From an uncultured Gammaproteobacteria bacterium (lineage in GTDB: Bacteria > Pseudomonadota > Gammaproteobacteria > GCF-002020875), in the NCBI GenBank assembly GCA_963981015.1, contig CAXCCG010000003.1, forward strand, positions 578 through 64,577: DNA of 64,000 nucleotides, given 5' to 3'. The position numbers and the translations under genes are program-made. This document shows positions 32,900 through 43,356 of this stretch, in pieces. Under the pieces are notes generated by a model, which saw only the letters and a list, made by a program, of their open reading frames with translations, did not search any database and was not told the DNA's origin. Every line of letters begins with the position of its first letter. The stretch's first letter is position 1.

Positions 32900-33320
32900 G
32901 GGCAGCAAACTCCAGGGTACGCACCTCTCGTGCGACTTTATCCAGTGCTGCATTGATAAACTGGTGACTTTTTGCGGAGCCAAAAGTTTTTGAGAGGTTA
33001 ATATATTCATTGAGCACCACTCGATAGGGGGTCTCGGGCAGATAGAGCAGCTCATACCCCCCTAAACGCAAGAGCGCTTTCTCCACTGGATCGACCTGCT
33101 CAATCTCACGACTCAGATAAGGTGAAAGCTTCTGATCTACTGAGATAACCTCATCAATCAATCCACTGACCAGGTGCTCAAACAGCCCTTGATCTGCTTT
33201 ATCCAGTATCCCCTCTTCATGAAACTGGCTAACAATCTCTGAAGCAGGCTGTGCCGAGATCGACCACTGATATAGTGCCTGTACTGCCGCACGGCGAGAT
33301 CTGGAACGCTCTTTACTCAT
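32862..33320 (-). CDS. nusB: transcription antitermination factor NusB
   Basis: RRAAVQALYQW... NusB fold, 152 aa. Confidence 0.9.
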   Translation of the reverse strand: MSKERSRSRRAAVQALYQWSISAQPASEIVSQFHEEGILDKADQGLFEHLVSGLIDEVISVDQKLSPYLSREIEQVDPVEKALLRLGGYELLYLPETPYRVVLNEYINLSKTFGSAKSHQFINAALDKVAREVRTLEFAAHEKQKKQSKSRN

Positions 33321-33337
33321 CGTAATGTCGGTATCCG

Positions 33338-33811
33338 TTATAGCTGCTTGAGCAGATTAACCATCTCAATTGCAGACATCGCCGCTTCAGCACCCTTGTT
33401 ACCAGCCTTGGTGCCTGAACGTTCAATGGCTTGCTCAATAGTATCCACAGTCAACAGCCCGAAGGTAATGGGTACGCTGCTATCCAGCGAAACGGCTGCC
33501 AACCCTTTGGTCGCCTCTCCTGCAACAAAGTCAAAATGTGGTGTACCACCACGGATTACTGCACCAATGGCGATAATGGCATCGTAGTTTCCTTCCGCCA
33601 TACGCTGCGCTGCAATCGGCATCTCAAAGGCTCCCGGAACACGGACCACATGGATATCTGTCACGTTCGCTCCATGACGAATCAGTGCGTCGATTGCACC
33701 ATCCAGTAGGCTCTCAACAACAAAACTGTTAAAACGGGCAACTACAATGCCAAAACGCCCCCCCTCTACATTGAGATTAGCCTCTGTTACCTTTATATCA
33801 CTGTTCATCAC
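33338..33811 (-). CDS. ribH: 6,7-dimethyl-8-ribityllumazine synthase
   Basis: [13 protein letters not shown]...[14 protein letters not shown]... Confidence 0.9.
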   Translation of the reverse strand: MMNSDIKVTEANLNVEGGRFGIVVARFNSFVVESLLDGAIDALIRHGANVTDIHVVRVPGAFEMPIAAQRMAEGNYDAIIAIGAVIRGGTPHFDFVAGEATKGLAAVSLDSSVPITFGLLTVDTIEQAIERSGTKAGNKGAEAAMSAIEMVNLLKQL

Positions 33812-33878
33812 TTACTCCTCTCTTCTGCTGCTCTGTACACCCGATGGTGTCTGTTTATCAATATAGTGGAAACTCAGA

Positions 33879-34985
33879 TCAATATGACACTGTCTCAGTC
33901 ATCTCCAGACCAAACCCGGAGAGGGCATGCATCTTTCTGGGAGTTCCCAGTACACGCATTTTTCGTACTCCCAAATCTATGAGTATCTGTGCGCCCACAC
34001 CAAAATCCCTCAACTCTCCTGAAGGCTGTTTTGTCTTTGGCTGCGCTGTGCCTGCCCGGTGGTTACGGATACGCTCCACCAGGTCGCTGCTATCGCCCTC
34101 TTTGCGCAGCAATAGCAACACGCCATTCTCCTCTTCTGCGATACGTCGCATATCACGATCCAGGGTACGCCCACACCCCTCTCCTTCAACGGAAAAGAGA
34201 TCACAAAGGGTGTCCAACATATGAACACGTACCAAAATGGGCTGTTCAGGATCAATGACCCCCTTAACCAAAGCAAGATGTACCTCTCCATCAATGGATT
34301 CACGGTAGGCTTTGACATGGAAATCACCGTATTGAGTCTGGAGATCACTCTCCGCTTCTGCCTCAACGGTCTTCTCATTGCGAATCCGATACTCAATCAG
34401 GTCAGCTACAGTCCCCAGTTTCAGTCCATGCTGCTGTGCAAACACCTCCAAGTCGGGACGGCGGGCCATGGTGCCATCCTCATTCAGGATCTCTACAATC
34501 ACTGATGAAGGCTCCACTCCTGCCATCCTCGCCAGATCACACCCTGCCTCGGTATGTCCAGCTCGGGTTAATACACCGCCGGGTTGTGCCATCAGTGGAA
34601 AAATATGCCCAGGCATCACAATATCTTCAGCTGTCGCATCTGCTGCGGTAGCCGCCTGTACAGTCACTGCGCGATCTGCTGCTGAGATACCGGTTGTGAC
34701 CCCCTGTGCCGCCTCAATCGAAACGGTAAAGTTGGTACCATGCAGATCACTGTTGGTACCAGTGACCATTAACGGTAAATTGAGCTGCTCACAACGGTTT
34801 CGCGTCAATGTCAGGCAGATCAGACCACGACCATAACGTGCCATAAAATTGATATCTTCCGCGGTTGCCTTGGCGGATGCCATTATCAGATCACCCTCAT
34901 TTTCGCGATCTTCATCATCCATCAATACCACCATCTTTCCCTGGCGAATATCTTCAATAATCTCTTCCGGACTATTCAGTTCCAT
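33879..34985 (-). CDS. ribBA: bifunctional DHBP synthase / GTP cyclohydrolase II
   Basis: 368 aa, DHBP synthase N-half (DDEDRENEGDLI) plus GCH-II C-half. Confidence 0.9.
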   Translation of the reverse strand: MELNSPEEIIEDIRQGKMVVLMDDEDRENEGDLIMASAKATAEDINFMARYGRGLICLTLTRNRCEQLNLPLMVTGTNSDLHGTNFTVSIEAAQGVTTGISAADRAVTVQAATAADATAEDIVMPGHIFPLMAQPGGVLTRAGHTEAGCDLARMAGVEPSSVIVEILNEDGTMARRPDLEVFAQQHGLKLGTVADLIEYRIRNEKTVEAEAESDLQTQYGDFHVKAYRESIDGEVHLALVKGVIDPEQPILVRVHMLDTLCDLFSVEGEGCGRTLDRDMRRIAEEENGVLLLLRKEGDSSDLVERIRNHRAGTAQPKTKQPSGELRDFGVGAQILIDLGVRKMRVLGTPRKMHALSGFGLEMTETVSY

Positions 34986-35044
34986 CTTTTTTCTCTACTC
35001 CACGCTGACTCTGTCCAGTGATTCCATCACTGCCAATGAGTGCT

Positions 35045-35704
35045 CTATTTCATAAATCCATTTTCTGCCAGAAAATCAATACTGATCCCCTCAGCACCCG
35101 GTTCGGCTGCACGATCACCGAGCACCATTCGCTCCAGATAACGTGCAATCAAATCAACCTCAAGGTTTACTTGAGTACCCACCCTGAATTGATCCATGGT
35201 GGTCTCTTGCAGTGTATGAGGCACAATATTCAAATCAAACAATGCACCGTTCACACCATTCACTGTTAAACTAATTCCATTGACTGTTATTGAACCCTTT
35301 TCAGCAATATAGCGCGCCAGCTCATCCGGCGCCTTGATCTGAAAAAAGATCGAGCGTCCATCCTCTGAACGTTGCTGCACTTCACCAACCCCATCCACAT
35401 GACCACTCACCAGATGGCCTCCCAGTCGCGTGGTTGGCGTTAACGCCTTTTCCAGATTGACGAGTGCCCCTACGGTTAATTGAGCGAAAGCAGTACGTGA
35501 GAGCGTCTCACCAGAGACGTCGGCCACAAAGCTGTTTCCAGGCAGTTCAACCGCGGTTAAACAGACCCCATTCACCGCAATGCTATCACCCAACTGCACG
35601 TCTCTCAGATCCAGCTTGCCGGTCTCAACCGTAAAACGTGCATCAGCCCCTTTGGGTTCGATACGCGCAATTTTACCGATAGATTCAATGATGCCTGTAA
35701 ACAT
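35045..35704 (-). CDS. ribE: riboflavin synthase alpha subunit
   Basis: MFTGIIESIGKI... two lumazine-binding repeats; internal Met start chosen. Confidence 0.85.
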   Translation of the reverse strand: MFTGIIESIGKIARIEPKGADARFTVETGKLDLRDVQLGDSIAVNGVCLTAVELPGNSFVADVSGETLSRTAFAQLTVGALVNLEKALTPTTRLGGHLVSGHVDGVGEVQQRSEDGRSIFFQIKAPDELARYIAEKGSITVNGISLTVNGVNGALFDLNIVPHTLQETTMDQFRVGTQVNLEVDLIARYLERMVLGDRAAEPGAEGISIDFLAENGFMK

Positions 35705-35773
35705 GGGGGGAGGATAGTACCATAGAGTGACTGATTTCAAGACCTCACACTGACCTATTCCATAGCAAATCGT

Positions 35774-35937
35774 CTAGGTGGCTGCCCGAGAATAGAAGTC
35801 GTAGCGAGGGGAAGCTGATTTGAGGCAGATTTTGTCATCATTTGAGGCGAATAGTTCTATTTAACGAAAAGGATGGGAAAATATGGCCAAATTCAGCTTT
35901 TCCGCAGCAGGCTCTCTATTCTTGGACAACCGCCTGG
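35774..35937. mobile_element. MITE-like ~150-bp element with ~24-bp terminal inverted repeats (copy A)
   Basis: AGGTGGCTGCCCGAGAATAGAAG at the left end and its reverse complement at the right (...CTCTCTATTCTTGGACAACCGCCT, 8/10 match in the outer part); ~90% identical to copy at 58349-58524. Confidence 0.6.
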
Positions 35938-35963
35938 GATGCGCCATTTCCTCACAACCATAG

Positions 35964-37739
35964 CTAAAACATCTCCAGGCTACCGGCCCCCACCTTGCCC
36001 TGAGTGATCAGCAACTGCTCAAACTCGTTTGCTGGAACAGGTTTCGAAAAGTAGAAGCCCTGTAACTCCTCACACTGATGTTCACGTAAAAAATCTGCCT
36101 GAACCTTCGTCTCCACCCCCTCTGCAACCACATCAAACCCCATACTGTGGGCCATCGCAATCACGGCCTTTACCAAGGTCATATCATCTTTTGACGAAGG
36201 GATCTCTTTGATAAATTGCTGATCAATTTTGATGATATCGACCGGAAGGCGCTGAAGATAATTTAGGGTTGAATAGCCTGTACCAAAATCATCTACTGCA
36301 ATCTGTATCCCCGCTGAACGGATTTTCTGCAGAGATCTTGCTGCCTGATCCAGGTTATCAATCGTTGTTGTCTCGGTAATCTCCAGCTTAAACCAGGGAG
36401 GGGAGATACCACTTTTTCGAATCACATCAATAAACCACTCTGCCAGAGTCTCCTCTTGCAGCTGAATTGCCGAGAAATTAACCGCAATTCGTACACCAGG
36501 AAAGCCTTTTCTAAGCCACTCCAGATGCTGTTCGATGGCCTGCTGCATGACCCACTCTCCGACCATACGAATCAACCCGTTCTGCTCCAATAACGGGATA
36601 AAACGGTCTGGCGGTATCGCTCCCAAAGTAGGATGGTGCCAGCGAAGTAGTACTTCACAGCCCACAATCTGTTTATTGATACTGTCTACCTGAGACTGAT
36701 AGTAGAGTTCAAATTCATTATTCTGCAGTGCTGTGTAGATCGAGCTATTGAGTTCTAGGTCAAACTGGACCTGATCTTTCATCTCCAGCTCAAAGAAAGA
36801 GTAACTGTTATCACCTTGCTGACGCGCATACTCCAAAGCCGTTCCTGCACAACGCAACATCGATTCTGCACTGTCACAGTGGCGGGGGAAAAGTGAAATA
36901 CCTACATTCAGCCCCAGAATCACCTCATCACCACTCAGTTCATAGGGTGCCTTAACCGCGTCAATCACACCAGCAACCACCTGCTCAACAAACTCTATAT
37001 CATCATACTCATCACAAAGAACAGCAAAATGGTCCCCACCAACCCGGGCAATCAGGCGCTCTTTTGCAACAGAATGTTGAAGACGGGCCGTAACCTCTTT
37101 GAGAATAAAGTCACCCAAAAGATGACCATAGACATCATTAATGCGCTTGAAATTGGCCACATCCATAATCAGCAACGCCATCTGCTGACCTCTTAATGAG
37201 GCCTCTTTGACCATCTGAGCAAGATAGACCAGAAAAAACTGTCGATTGGGCAGGTCCGTTAAAATATCATAATTGGTGATCTCATAGAGCTCTCTCTGAG
37301 TCTTCTTATGGTCTGAAATTGCCCACTCCAGCTGCTGGATATTATTCTGCAATGAGCCATTGAGCGCCTGGATACGCAACTGCGCATTAATTTTTGCCTG
37401 TAGCAGAGAGGGGTTAAAGGGTCTGGAAATAAAGTCATCACCACCGGCATCCAGAGCTTGGGTAATCACCTTCTCATCATCCTCTGCCGAGATAAAGATA
37501 ATGGGCACATAGGATTCACCCTGACTGGATTTGATCTGCCTCGCAGCCTCATACCCATCCATCAACGGCATATGGATATCCATCAGCACAAGGTCTGGTC
37601 CTACTTTCTGAAATAGCTGAACCGCCTCAAGGCCATTTTTTGCCTCAATCAATTCATAGCTCTCCTCTCCCAGAACGGCCTTAAGCTGTGCCCTGTTGAT
37701 GCCGATATCTTCAACAACTAAAACTTTAATAACTTTCAT
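35964..37739 (-). CDS. response regulator with REC-GGDEF-EAL architecture (GGDEF motif degenerate: GGDHF)
   Basis: REC (VLVVEDIGINR...DLVLMDIHMP), GGDEF region with RVGGDHFAVL, EAL domain with EVLLRWHHP and conserved catalytic residues. Confidence 0.85.
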   Translation of the reverse strand: MKVIKVLVVEDIGINRAQLKAVLGEESYELIEAKNGLEAVQLFQKVGPDLVLMDIHMPLMDGYEAARQIKSSQGESYVPIIFISAEDDEKVITQALDAGGDDFISRPFNPSLLQAKINAQLRIQALNGSLQNNIQQLEWAISDHKKTQRELYEITNYDILTDLPNRQFFLVYLAQMVKEASLRGQQMALLIMDVANFKRINDVYGHLLGDFILKEVTARLQHSVAKERLIARVGGDHFAVLCDEYDDIEFVEQVVAGVIDAVKAPYELSGDEVILGLNVGISLFPRHCDSAESMLRCAGTALEYARQQGDNSYSFFELEMKDQVQFDLELNSSIYTALQNNEFELYYQSQVDSINKQIVGCEVLLRWHHPTLGAIPPDRFIPLLEQNGLIRMVGEWVMQQAIEQHLEWLRKGFPGVRIAVNFSAIQLQEETLAEWFIDVIRKSGISPPWFKLEITETTTIDNLDQAARSLQKIRSAGIQIAVDDFGTGYSTLNYLQRLPVDIIKIDQQFIKEIPSSKDDMTLVKAVIAMAHSMGFDVVAEGVETKVQADFLREHQCEELQGFYFSKPVPANEFEQLLITQGKVGAGSLEMF

Positions 37740-37906
37740 TGAAAAACAGCTATCCAGATCCCCAACCCGGAAAATCTGTCTACGCTACTGTATTCACAAT
37801 ATAGTTTCACATTCATCGCTTAGCTCCTCCCCAAACATTTTATGCCCTCAGAGACTACATCCCCTTTCTCTCAAGTGCCAGAAAAAAATATGGCCCGTTA
37901 CATCAC

Positions 37907-39415
37907 TCACTGATCTCGGTCCAATTTACGAAAAGCGAGCGCCTCCGCAATATGGTCATGGCTGATCTCAACCTCTCCGGCCAGATCTGCAATAGTACGC
38001 GCAACCCGTACGATACGATGATAGCCACGACCTGAAAGCCCAAGACGATCAATTGCATGGCTTAAAAACTGTTTCAAACCATCATTCACTTGTGCATGTT
38101 GCTGTAACGCTTCTCCTTGTAGCTGGCTGTTCGCTTGTTGCTGACGCTGCTGTTGACGCTCTCGCGCCACTGCAACCCGTTGGCGCACCAACTCACTGCT
38201 CTCAGAGACCGTCTCTTGCAGTCCGGTCAACACTTCCGATGCAACTCGCGGCACCTCTACATGAAGGTCAATGCGATCCAGCAGCGGACCGGAAATACGA
38301 CCATGATATCGTTTAATTTGATCTGGAGAACAGTGGCACTTCCCTGAACTGTCTCCATGAAAACCACAAGGGCATGGGTTCATCGCAGCAATCAATTGAA
38401 ACTGTGCCGGAAATTCAGTCTGCGCAGCCGCTCGTGAAATAGTGATTTTTCCTGACTCAATGGGTTCTCGCAACACTTCCAAAACAGAGCGACTGAATTC
38501 AGGCAGTTCATCCAGAAACAGTACCCCCTGATGGGCCAGTGAAATCTCTCCGGGCCGGGGATGGCTACCACCTCCGACCAAAGCCACTCCAGAGGCTGTA
38601 TGGTGTGGGGTTCGAAAAGGACGAACCCCCCAATGAGAGGGGTCAAAATGTGTCTGGTTGACTGAATAGATGGTGGCCGACTCTAATGCCTCCACCTCAC
38701 TCATCGGTGGCAGGATTCCAGGAAGCGTTGATGAGAGTAGTGTTTTACCGGTTCCAGGCGGTCCAACCAGTAGTAGATGGTGTCCACCTGCAGCAGCAAT
38801 TTCCAGTGCACGCCGAGCCATCTGTTGTCCCCGCACCTGAGAGAGATCTGTCGCCACACGCTGCTGCTGTCGTTGTGGTCGTCCAACCTGCAGCTCCAGT
38901 GGCTGCTGATGAAGCAGGTATGCAACCAACTGCTGAATACTCTCTACCGCTACAATTGAAAGCCCCTCTACATGACTGGCCTCTTCAGCGTTCTCTTTCG
39001 GCACAATCAGTATGCGCCCGGCATCTCTCGCCTCTAGTGCTGCGGGCAGAATGCCGCGCACAGGCCGCAGACGTCCATCCAGCGCCAACTCCCCCAATGA
39101 TTCGTAGGGCTGTACCATTTCAGGGCTTAACTGTCCCGAGGCCACTAAAATACCCAGAGCAATAGGCAGGTCAAGCCGTGCCCCGCTCTTGGGCAGATCT
39201 GCCGGGGCCAGATTGATGGTGATACGCCGCTGAGGAATCTTATAGCCCCCACTGATCAATGCTCCCCGCACCCGGTCCTTGGCCTCTCGCACGGCGGCTT
39301 CCGGAAGCCCAATAATGGAGATGCCGGGAAGTCCGCGACTGAGCATCACTTCGACCACCACCTCCGGCGCCTCTATACCGGCAAGTGAACGACTATAGAC
39401 TGCTGCTAATGACAA
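37907..39415 (-). CDS. comM: YifB/ComM-family Mg-chelatase-like AAA+ ATPase
   Basis: LSLAAVYSRSLAGIEAPEVVVEV N-terminus (TTG start inferred), Walker A LVGPPGTGKT, Lon-like and ChlI domains. Confidence 0.8.
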   Translation of the reverse strand: MSLAAVYSRSLAGIEAPEVVVEVMLSRGLPGISIIGLPEAAVREAKDRVRGALISGGYKIPQRRITINLAPADLPKSGARLDLPIALGILVASGQLSPEMVQPYESLGELALDGRLRPVRGILPAALEARDAGRILIVPKENAEEASHVEGLSIVAVESIQQLVAYLLHQQPLELQVGRPQRQQQRVATDLSQVRGQQMARRALEIAAAGGHHLLLVGPPGTGKTLLSSTLPGILPPMSEVEALESATIYSVNQTHFDPSHWGVRPFRTPHHTASGVALVGGGSHPRPGEISLAHQGVLFLDELPEFSRSVLEVLREPIESGKITISRAAAQTEFPAQFQLIAAMNPCPCGFHGDSSGKCHCSPDQIKRYHGRISGPLLDRIDLHVEVPRVASEVLTGLQETVSESSELVRQRVAVARERQQQRQQQANSQLQGEALQQHAQVNDGLKQFLSHAIDRLGLSGRGYHRIVRVARTIADLAGEVEISHDHIAEALAFRKLDRDQ

Positions 39416-39490
39416 GATCTCACCTCTCTGTTCAACCTCTATCCATTTCAAACTGATCCAACCCCATACAATCCGATAGAATGGCCCGCT

Positions 39491-40111
39491 ATGCAAGCGT
39501 TGACAGTGAAACAATTGGTTACATTTCATCTCGGCCCCATTGAGCTGAGTGTAGCCGAAGGAGAAACCGCCTCCATTTACGGCCCCTCCGGTAGTGGCAA
39601 AACACTGTTACTACGGGCAATTGCCGATCTCGACCCCCATCAGGGAGAGGTCTGGCTCAAGGGTCAGAAACAGTGTGATACCCCGCCCAACCAGTGGCGC
39701 AAGGCAGTGGCCTACTGTGCTGCAGAGAGCCAATGGTGGGGAGATCTTGTCACTCACCACTTTCCTTCAGAGCATGATCCAGCCCACTTGAGCTTATGGT
39801 TTGAAATGGGTGGCTTTACGTCTGATGTGCTCAACTGGTCTGTTGATCGGCTCTCCAGCGGAGAGAAGCAGCGCCTCTCTATTATTCGTCAACTGGTGCG
39901 CCAACCGGAGGTGCTGCTACTGGATGAACCCACCGCAAACCTCGACCCTGACAATGGTCAACGTATTGAAGAGATGATCGCTCACTACCAGCTACATCAG
40001 AGAGCTACCGTAATTTGGGTAAGCCATAACCAGCTACAGCTAAACCGTGTCAGTCACCACATTTTCAGAATGGATAACGGCCAGCTTTACCCTGCCGAGA
40101 AGAACAGCTAA
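39491..40111 (+). CDS. fetA: ABC transporter ATP-binding protein (FetA/YbbL-like)
   Basis: Walker A GPSGSGKT, signature LSSGEKQRLSI, 206 aa. Confidence 0.7.
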   Translation: MQALTVKQLVTFHLGPIELSVAEGETASIYGPSGSGKTLLLRAIADLDPHQGEVWLKGQKQCDTPPNQWRKAVAYCAAESQWWGDLVTHHFPSEHDPAHLSLWFEMGGFTSDVLNWSVDRLSSGEKQRLSIIRQLVRQPEVLLLDEPTANLDPDNGQRIEEMIAHYQLHQRATVIWVSHNQLQLNRVSHHIFRMDNGQLYPAEKNS

Positions 40112-40929
40112 TGGAGCAAAACACCCCTTCACTGGTCATTCTCTCAACCACCGACCTTATGCTCGCCGCACTGCTGATTGTGTTGCTGGCACTGCTCTCA
40201 CGATTTAACCAAAATGGCCTTGAAAAGCGGATGCTGTTTGCTTCAGTACGCGCCACACTACAACTGCTACTGATCGGTGTCGTACTTCAGACCCTATTTG
40301 ACCACATCAATCTGTTCTGGATTGCCATGCTCTCTCTACTGATGATACTGCTGGCCGGTCGTGAGGTTGAAGCGAGACAACAGTACCGAATAGAGGGTGG
40401 ATGGGGCTTTTTCAGTGGTACCTTTGCGATGTTTCTCTCCTCTATGGTGACAACACTGTTTGGACTGCTGGTGATTATTCAATACGATCCTTGGTATCAC
40501 CCCCAGTATGCGATCCCGCTATTGGGAATGTTACTGGGCAATACCATGAACGGAATCTCCCTTGGAATGGACCGCCTCACCAGCTCTGTCTGGCAACAAC
40601 GCAAACAGATTGATGCACGGCTTGCACTGGGAGAGCGCGCAGCAGATGCCATTCGTGTTCTGCGCAATGAGGCTATTCGTACCGGAATGATCCCCATCCT
40701 CAATGCAATGGCTGCTGCGGGACTGATCAGTCTGCCCGGAATGATGACCGGTCAAATCCTTTCCGGAACGCCCCCCCTGGAGGCGGTGAAGTACCAATTA
40801 CTGATCCTCTTTTTGATCTCTGCCGGTACCGGTTTCGGGGTGATGGCCGCAATTGCCATCTCCTCCAGAAAGTTTTTTGATGAGCGCGAACGGTTGCGAA
40901 CAGAGCGTATTTCGCAACGTAATCCGTAA
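40111..40929 (+). CDS. fetB: ABC permease, UPF0014/FetB (YbbM)-like putative iron exporter
   Basis: 272 aa multi-TM; start overlaps fetA stop. Confidence 0.65.
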   Translation: MEQNTPSLVILSTTDLMLAALLIVLLALLSRFNQNGLEKRMLFASVRATLQLLLIGVVLQTLFDHINLFWIAMLSLLMILLAGREVEARQQYRIEGGWGFFSGTFAMFLSSMVTTLFGLLVIIQYDPWYHPQYAIPLLGMLLGNTMNGISLGMDRLTSSVWQQRKQIDARLALGERAADAIRVLRNEAIRTGMIPILNAMAAAGLISLPGMMTGQILSGTPPLEAVKYQLLILFLISAGTGFGVMAAIAISSRKFFDERERLRTERISQRNP

Positions 40930-40932
40930 ACC

Positions 40933-41532
40933 TCAGTGGCTGGCATATTTTTTCAGAAAGGAGTCGTAGCCTGCGCGCTTCAGTTGGCTCTGCCGATGCT
41001 CAGCACTGGAAAAACTCTGAAATGGACCAACATTGACCCGAAACAGTGAACCTTTGGCACTCTTAACGGTATCAATTTGCACATGCTCAACACCCATTAA
41101 AATCAATTCCGCCTTATGTTGCTCTGCGGCATCGCGACGACGAAAGGCCCCCATCTGTATTTGGTAGTTACCCGTCGGCACTGCAGAATGCGCTGCCTTG
41201 GTAGGCACCGGCTTGCTCTTTTTGGCTCTCTCCTTTTTATTCACCGGCTTTTTCTTTGGCTGACTCTTCACCGCCTCCTTACGCTCCTCAATACCGATGT
41301 ACTCTTCATCTGGAAGCATGGAGAAAAAATCAAAGTGGAACTGATCATCACCACTACCAGCCTTTTTCGATACAGCAGGCTGTTTTTTGGTCAGCACCTG
41401 AATGGAGCTGGCACTATTTTTCAACCAGTATAGATAACCACTAAAGAGTCCTACAGCCACCACCACCAGCATCAGCAGAGCACCTCCAGAGAGGTAACCT
41501 GACTCGGGGCATACGCTGTTTGCTCCTTTCAT
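40933..41532 (-). CDS. SPOR-domain cell-division protein
   Basis: N-terminal TM, Lys/Pro-rich linker, C-terminal SPOR (YQIQMGAFRRRDAAEQ...LFRVNVGPF); directly downstream of argS. Confidence 0.7.
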   Translation of the reverse strand: MKGANSVCPESGYLSGGALLMLVVVAVGLFSGYLYWLKNSASSIQVLTKKQPAVSKKAGSGDDQFHFDFFSMLPDEEYIGIEERKEAVKSQPKKKPVNKKERAKKSKPVPTKAAHSAVPTGNYQIQMGAFRRRDAAEQHKAELILMGVEHVQIDTVKSAKGSLFRVNVGPFQSFSSAEHRQSQLKRAGYDSFLKKYASH

Positions 41533-41537
41533 ATCTC

Positions 41538-43295
41538 CTACATCTCCTGCGGTGCCGAGACCCCAAGAATTTGCAGGCCATTGACAAACACCTGTCGTGC
41601 AGCAGAGATTAGCGTAATTCGTGCATTTCTCAACTCTTGATCCTCCACAATAAAATGGTGTGCGTTGTAGTAGGTGTGTAACTCGTGAGCAAGATCACGC
41701 AAATAGTGGGCGATCTGGTGTGGTTCACGCTGTAACGCTGCACTCTCCAACAGCTCTGGATAGCGTGCAATCGCCACCATCAACGACTTTTCATGTGGCT
41801 CAACCAGTCGTGAAAACTGCTCGATACCCTGTTGCGAGTCCCACACCATCCCCTTGTCACGCAGCTGTCGCAACACGCTGTGAATACGTGCATGAGCATA
41901 CTGGATGTAATAGACTGGATTTTCTGAAGATTCAGAGCGTGCCAGATCAAGATCAAAGTCCATATGTTGTTCGCTTTTACGCAACACATAGAAGAAACGG
42001 GCAGCATCATTTCCCACTTCATCCCGCAACTCACGAAGCGTGACAAAAGAGCCGCTACGGGTCGACATCTGTACCTTCTCTCCACCTCGGTAGAGGGAGG
42101 CAAATTGCACCAGCAGTACCTCCAGCGTACTCGCCTCTTCACCCATTGCCGTAAGGGCCGCACGTACCCGAGGTACATAACCGTGATGGTCGGCTCCCCA
42201 GATATCCACCATCTTGCCAAAACCGCGCTGTAACTTATTCATATGGTAGGCGATATCTGAGGCAAAATAGGTCTTGAGGCCATTATCACGCACCACAACA
42301 CGGTCTTTCTCATCCCCATAGGCGGTGGAACGGAACCAGAGCGCACCTTTCTCCTCATAGATATCTCCACTCGCCTGCAACTTTTCAATCGCCCGGTCTA
42401 CCACTTGAGAGTCCATCAAAGAGCGCTCAGAGAACCACTCATCATAAACCACCCCAAACTCCTCCAGGTCCTGGCGAATATCTCCCAGGATCGCATCCGT
42501 AGCCACCTTATGGATGGTGTTGTAATCCTCTGCACCGAGTAACGCTCGTGCCTGTGCAATGATGCCATCGATATGAACCTCTTTATCCCCTGCCGGCTCA
42601 TCCTCAACAACCCCCTCCATCACTTGGGCAATGGGGTGTAAAAACTGCTCTTGATGCTCGCGATGAAGCGATGCGGCAATATCCCAGATATAATCTCCTC
42701 GATAGCCATTGGAGGGGAAGGTTACAGCCTCACCACACAGGTCGAGATAACGCAACCAGACACTCGCTGCCAGTATATCCATCTGCCGACCGGCATCATT
42801 GACATAGTATTCACAATGGACCTGATAACCTGCAGCACGTAGTAGATTGGCTGTAGCTGCACCATATGCAGCACCTCGTCCATGCCCCACATGGAGTGGC
42901 CCTGTCGGATTGGCCGAGACATACTCCATCAATACCTTTTCACCACTGCCCACCTCACACCTTCCGAAACGCTCCCCCTGCTCCAGTACCGACTCGACCA
43001 GATCACTGTAGGCACTCTGTGTCAGGAAGAAGTTGATGAATCCCGGACCTGCAATCTCACATTTCAGCACCTGGCTGTTTTCAGGCAAGGCATCCATCAC
43101 TAGCTGCGCCAACTCACGAGGATTACGTCGGGCCTGCTTTGACAACACCATTGCCACATTAGTGGCAAAATCACCATGCGCCTGATCACGGGTGCGTTCA
43201 ATCAAAACAGTGGGAGGCTGCTCCAACTGCAGCGCTCCGGATGTTTGTAGAATATCCAGTGCTGCTGCTACCAGTTGCTGTAGTTGTTGTTTCAT
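41538..43295 (-). CDS. argS: arginine--tRNA ligase
   Basis: 585 aa class-I aaRS, Arg-tRNA synthetase N-terminal and anticodon-binding domains. Confidence 0.95.
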   Translation of the reverse strand: MKQQLQQLVAAALDILQTSGALQLEQPPTVLIERTRDQAHGDFATNVAMVLSKQARRNPRELAQLVMDALPENSQVLKCEIAGPGFINFFLTQSAYSDLVESVLEQGERFGRCEVGSGEKVLMEYVSANPTGPLHVGHGRGAAYGAATANLLRAAGYQVHCEYYVNDAGRQMDILAASVWLRYLDLCGEAVTFPSNGYRGDYIWDIAASLHREHQEQFLHPIAQVMEGVVEDEPAGDKEVHIDGIIAQARALLGAEDYNTIHKVATDAILGDIRQDLEEFGVVYDEWFSERSLMDSQVVDRAIEKLQASGDIYEEKGALWFRSTAYGDEKDRVVVRDNGLKTYFASDIAYHMNKLQRGFGKMVDIWGADHHGYVPRVRAALTAMGEEASTLEVLLVQFASLYRGGEKVQMSTRSGSFVTLRELRDEVGNDAARFFYVLRKSEQHMDFDLDLARSESSENPVYYIQYAHARIHSVLRQLRDKGMVWDSQQGIEQFSRLVEPHEKSLMVAIARYPELLESAALQREPHQIAHYLRDLAHELHTYYNAHHFIVEDQELRNARITLISAARQVFVNGLQILGVSAPQEM

Positions 43296-43356
43296 AATTG
43301 TAAATCTCGATCAGTCAATCGACCTTATTTCAGTCGTACAACTGTTGTTACTGTTA

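Noticed and set aside
34986-35963. FMN riboswitch upstream of rib genes
   Set aside because: ribBA-ribE gap is only 59 bp and the region upstream of ribE is occupied by the MITE-like element; no RFN conserved core seen.
38686-39165. 159-aa + strand ORF inside comM
   Set aside because: Antisense to conserved AAA+ ATPase gene.
37907-39529. N-terminal extensions of the ComM, ThiL, PurD, RibE and AnmK ORFs as given in the ORF track
   Set aside because: Conserved N-termini of these families begin at internal Met/TTG codons; extensions overlap neighbours or intergenic sequence. The AnmK start is left as listed but uncertain.
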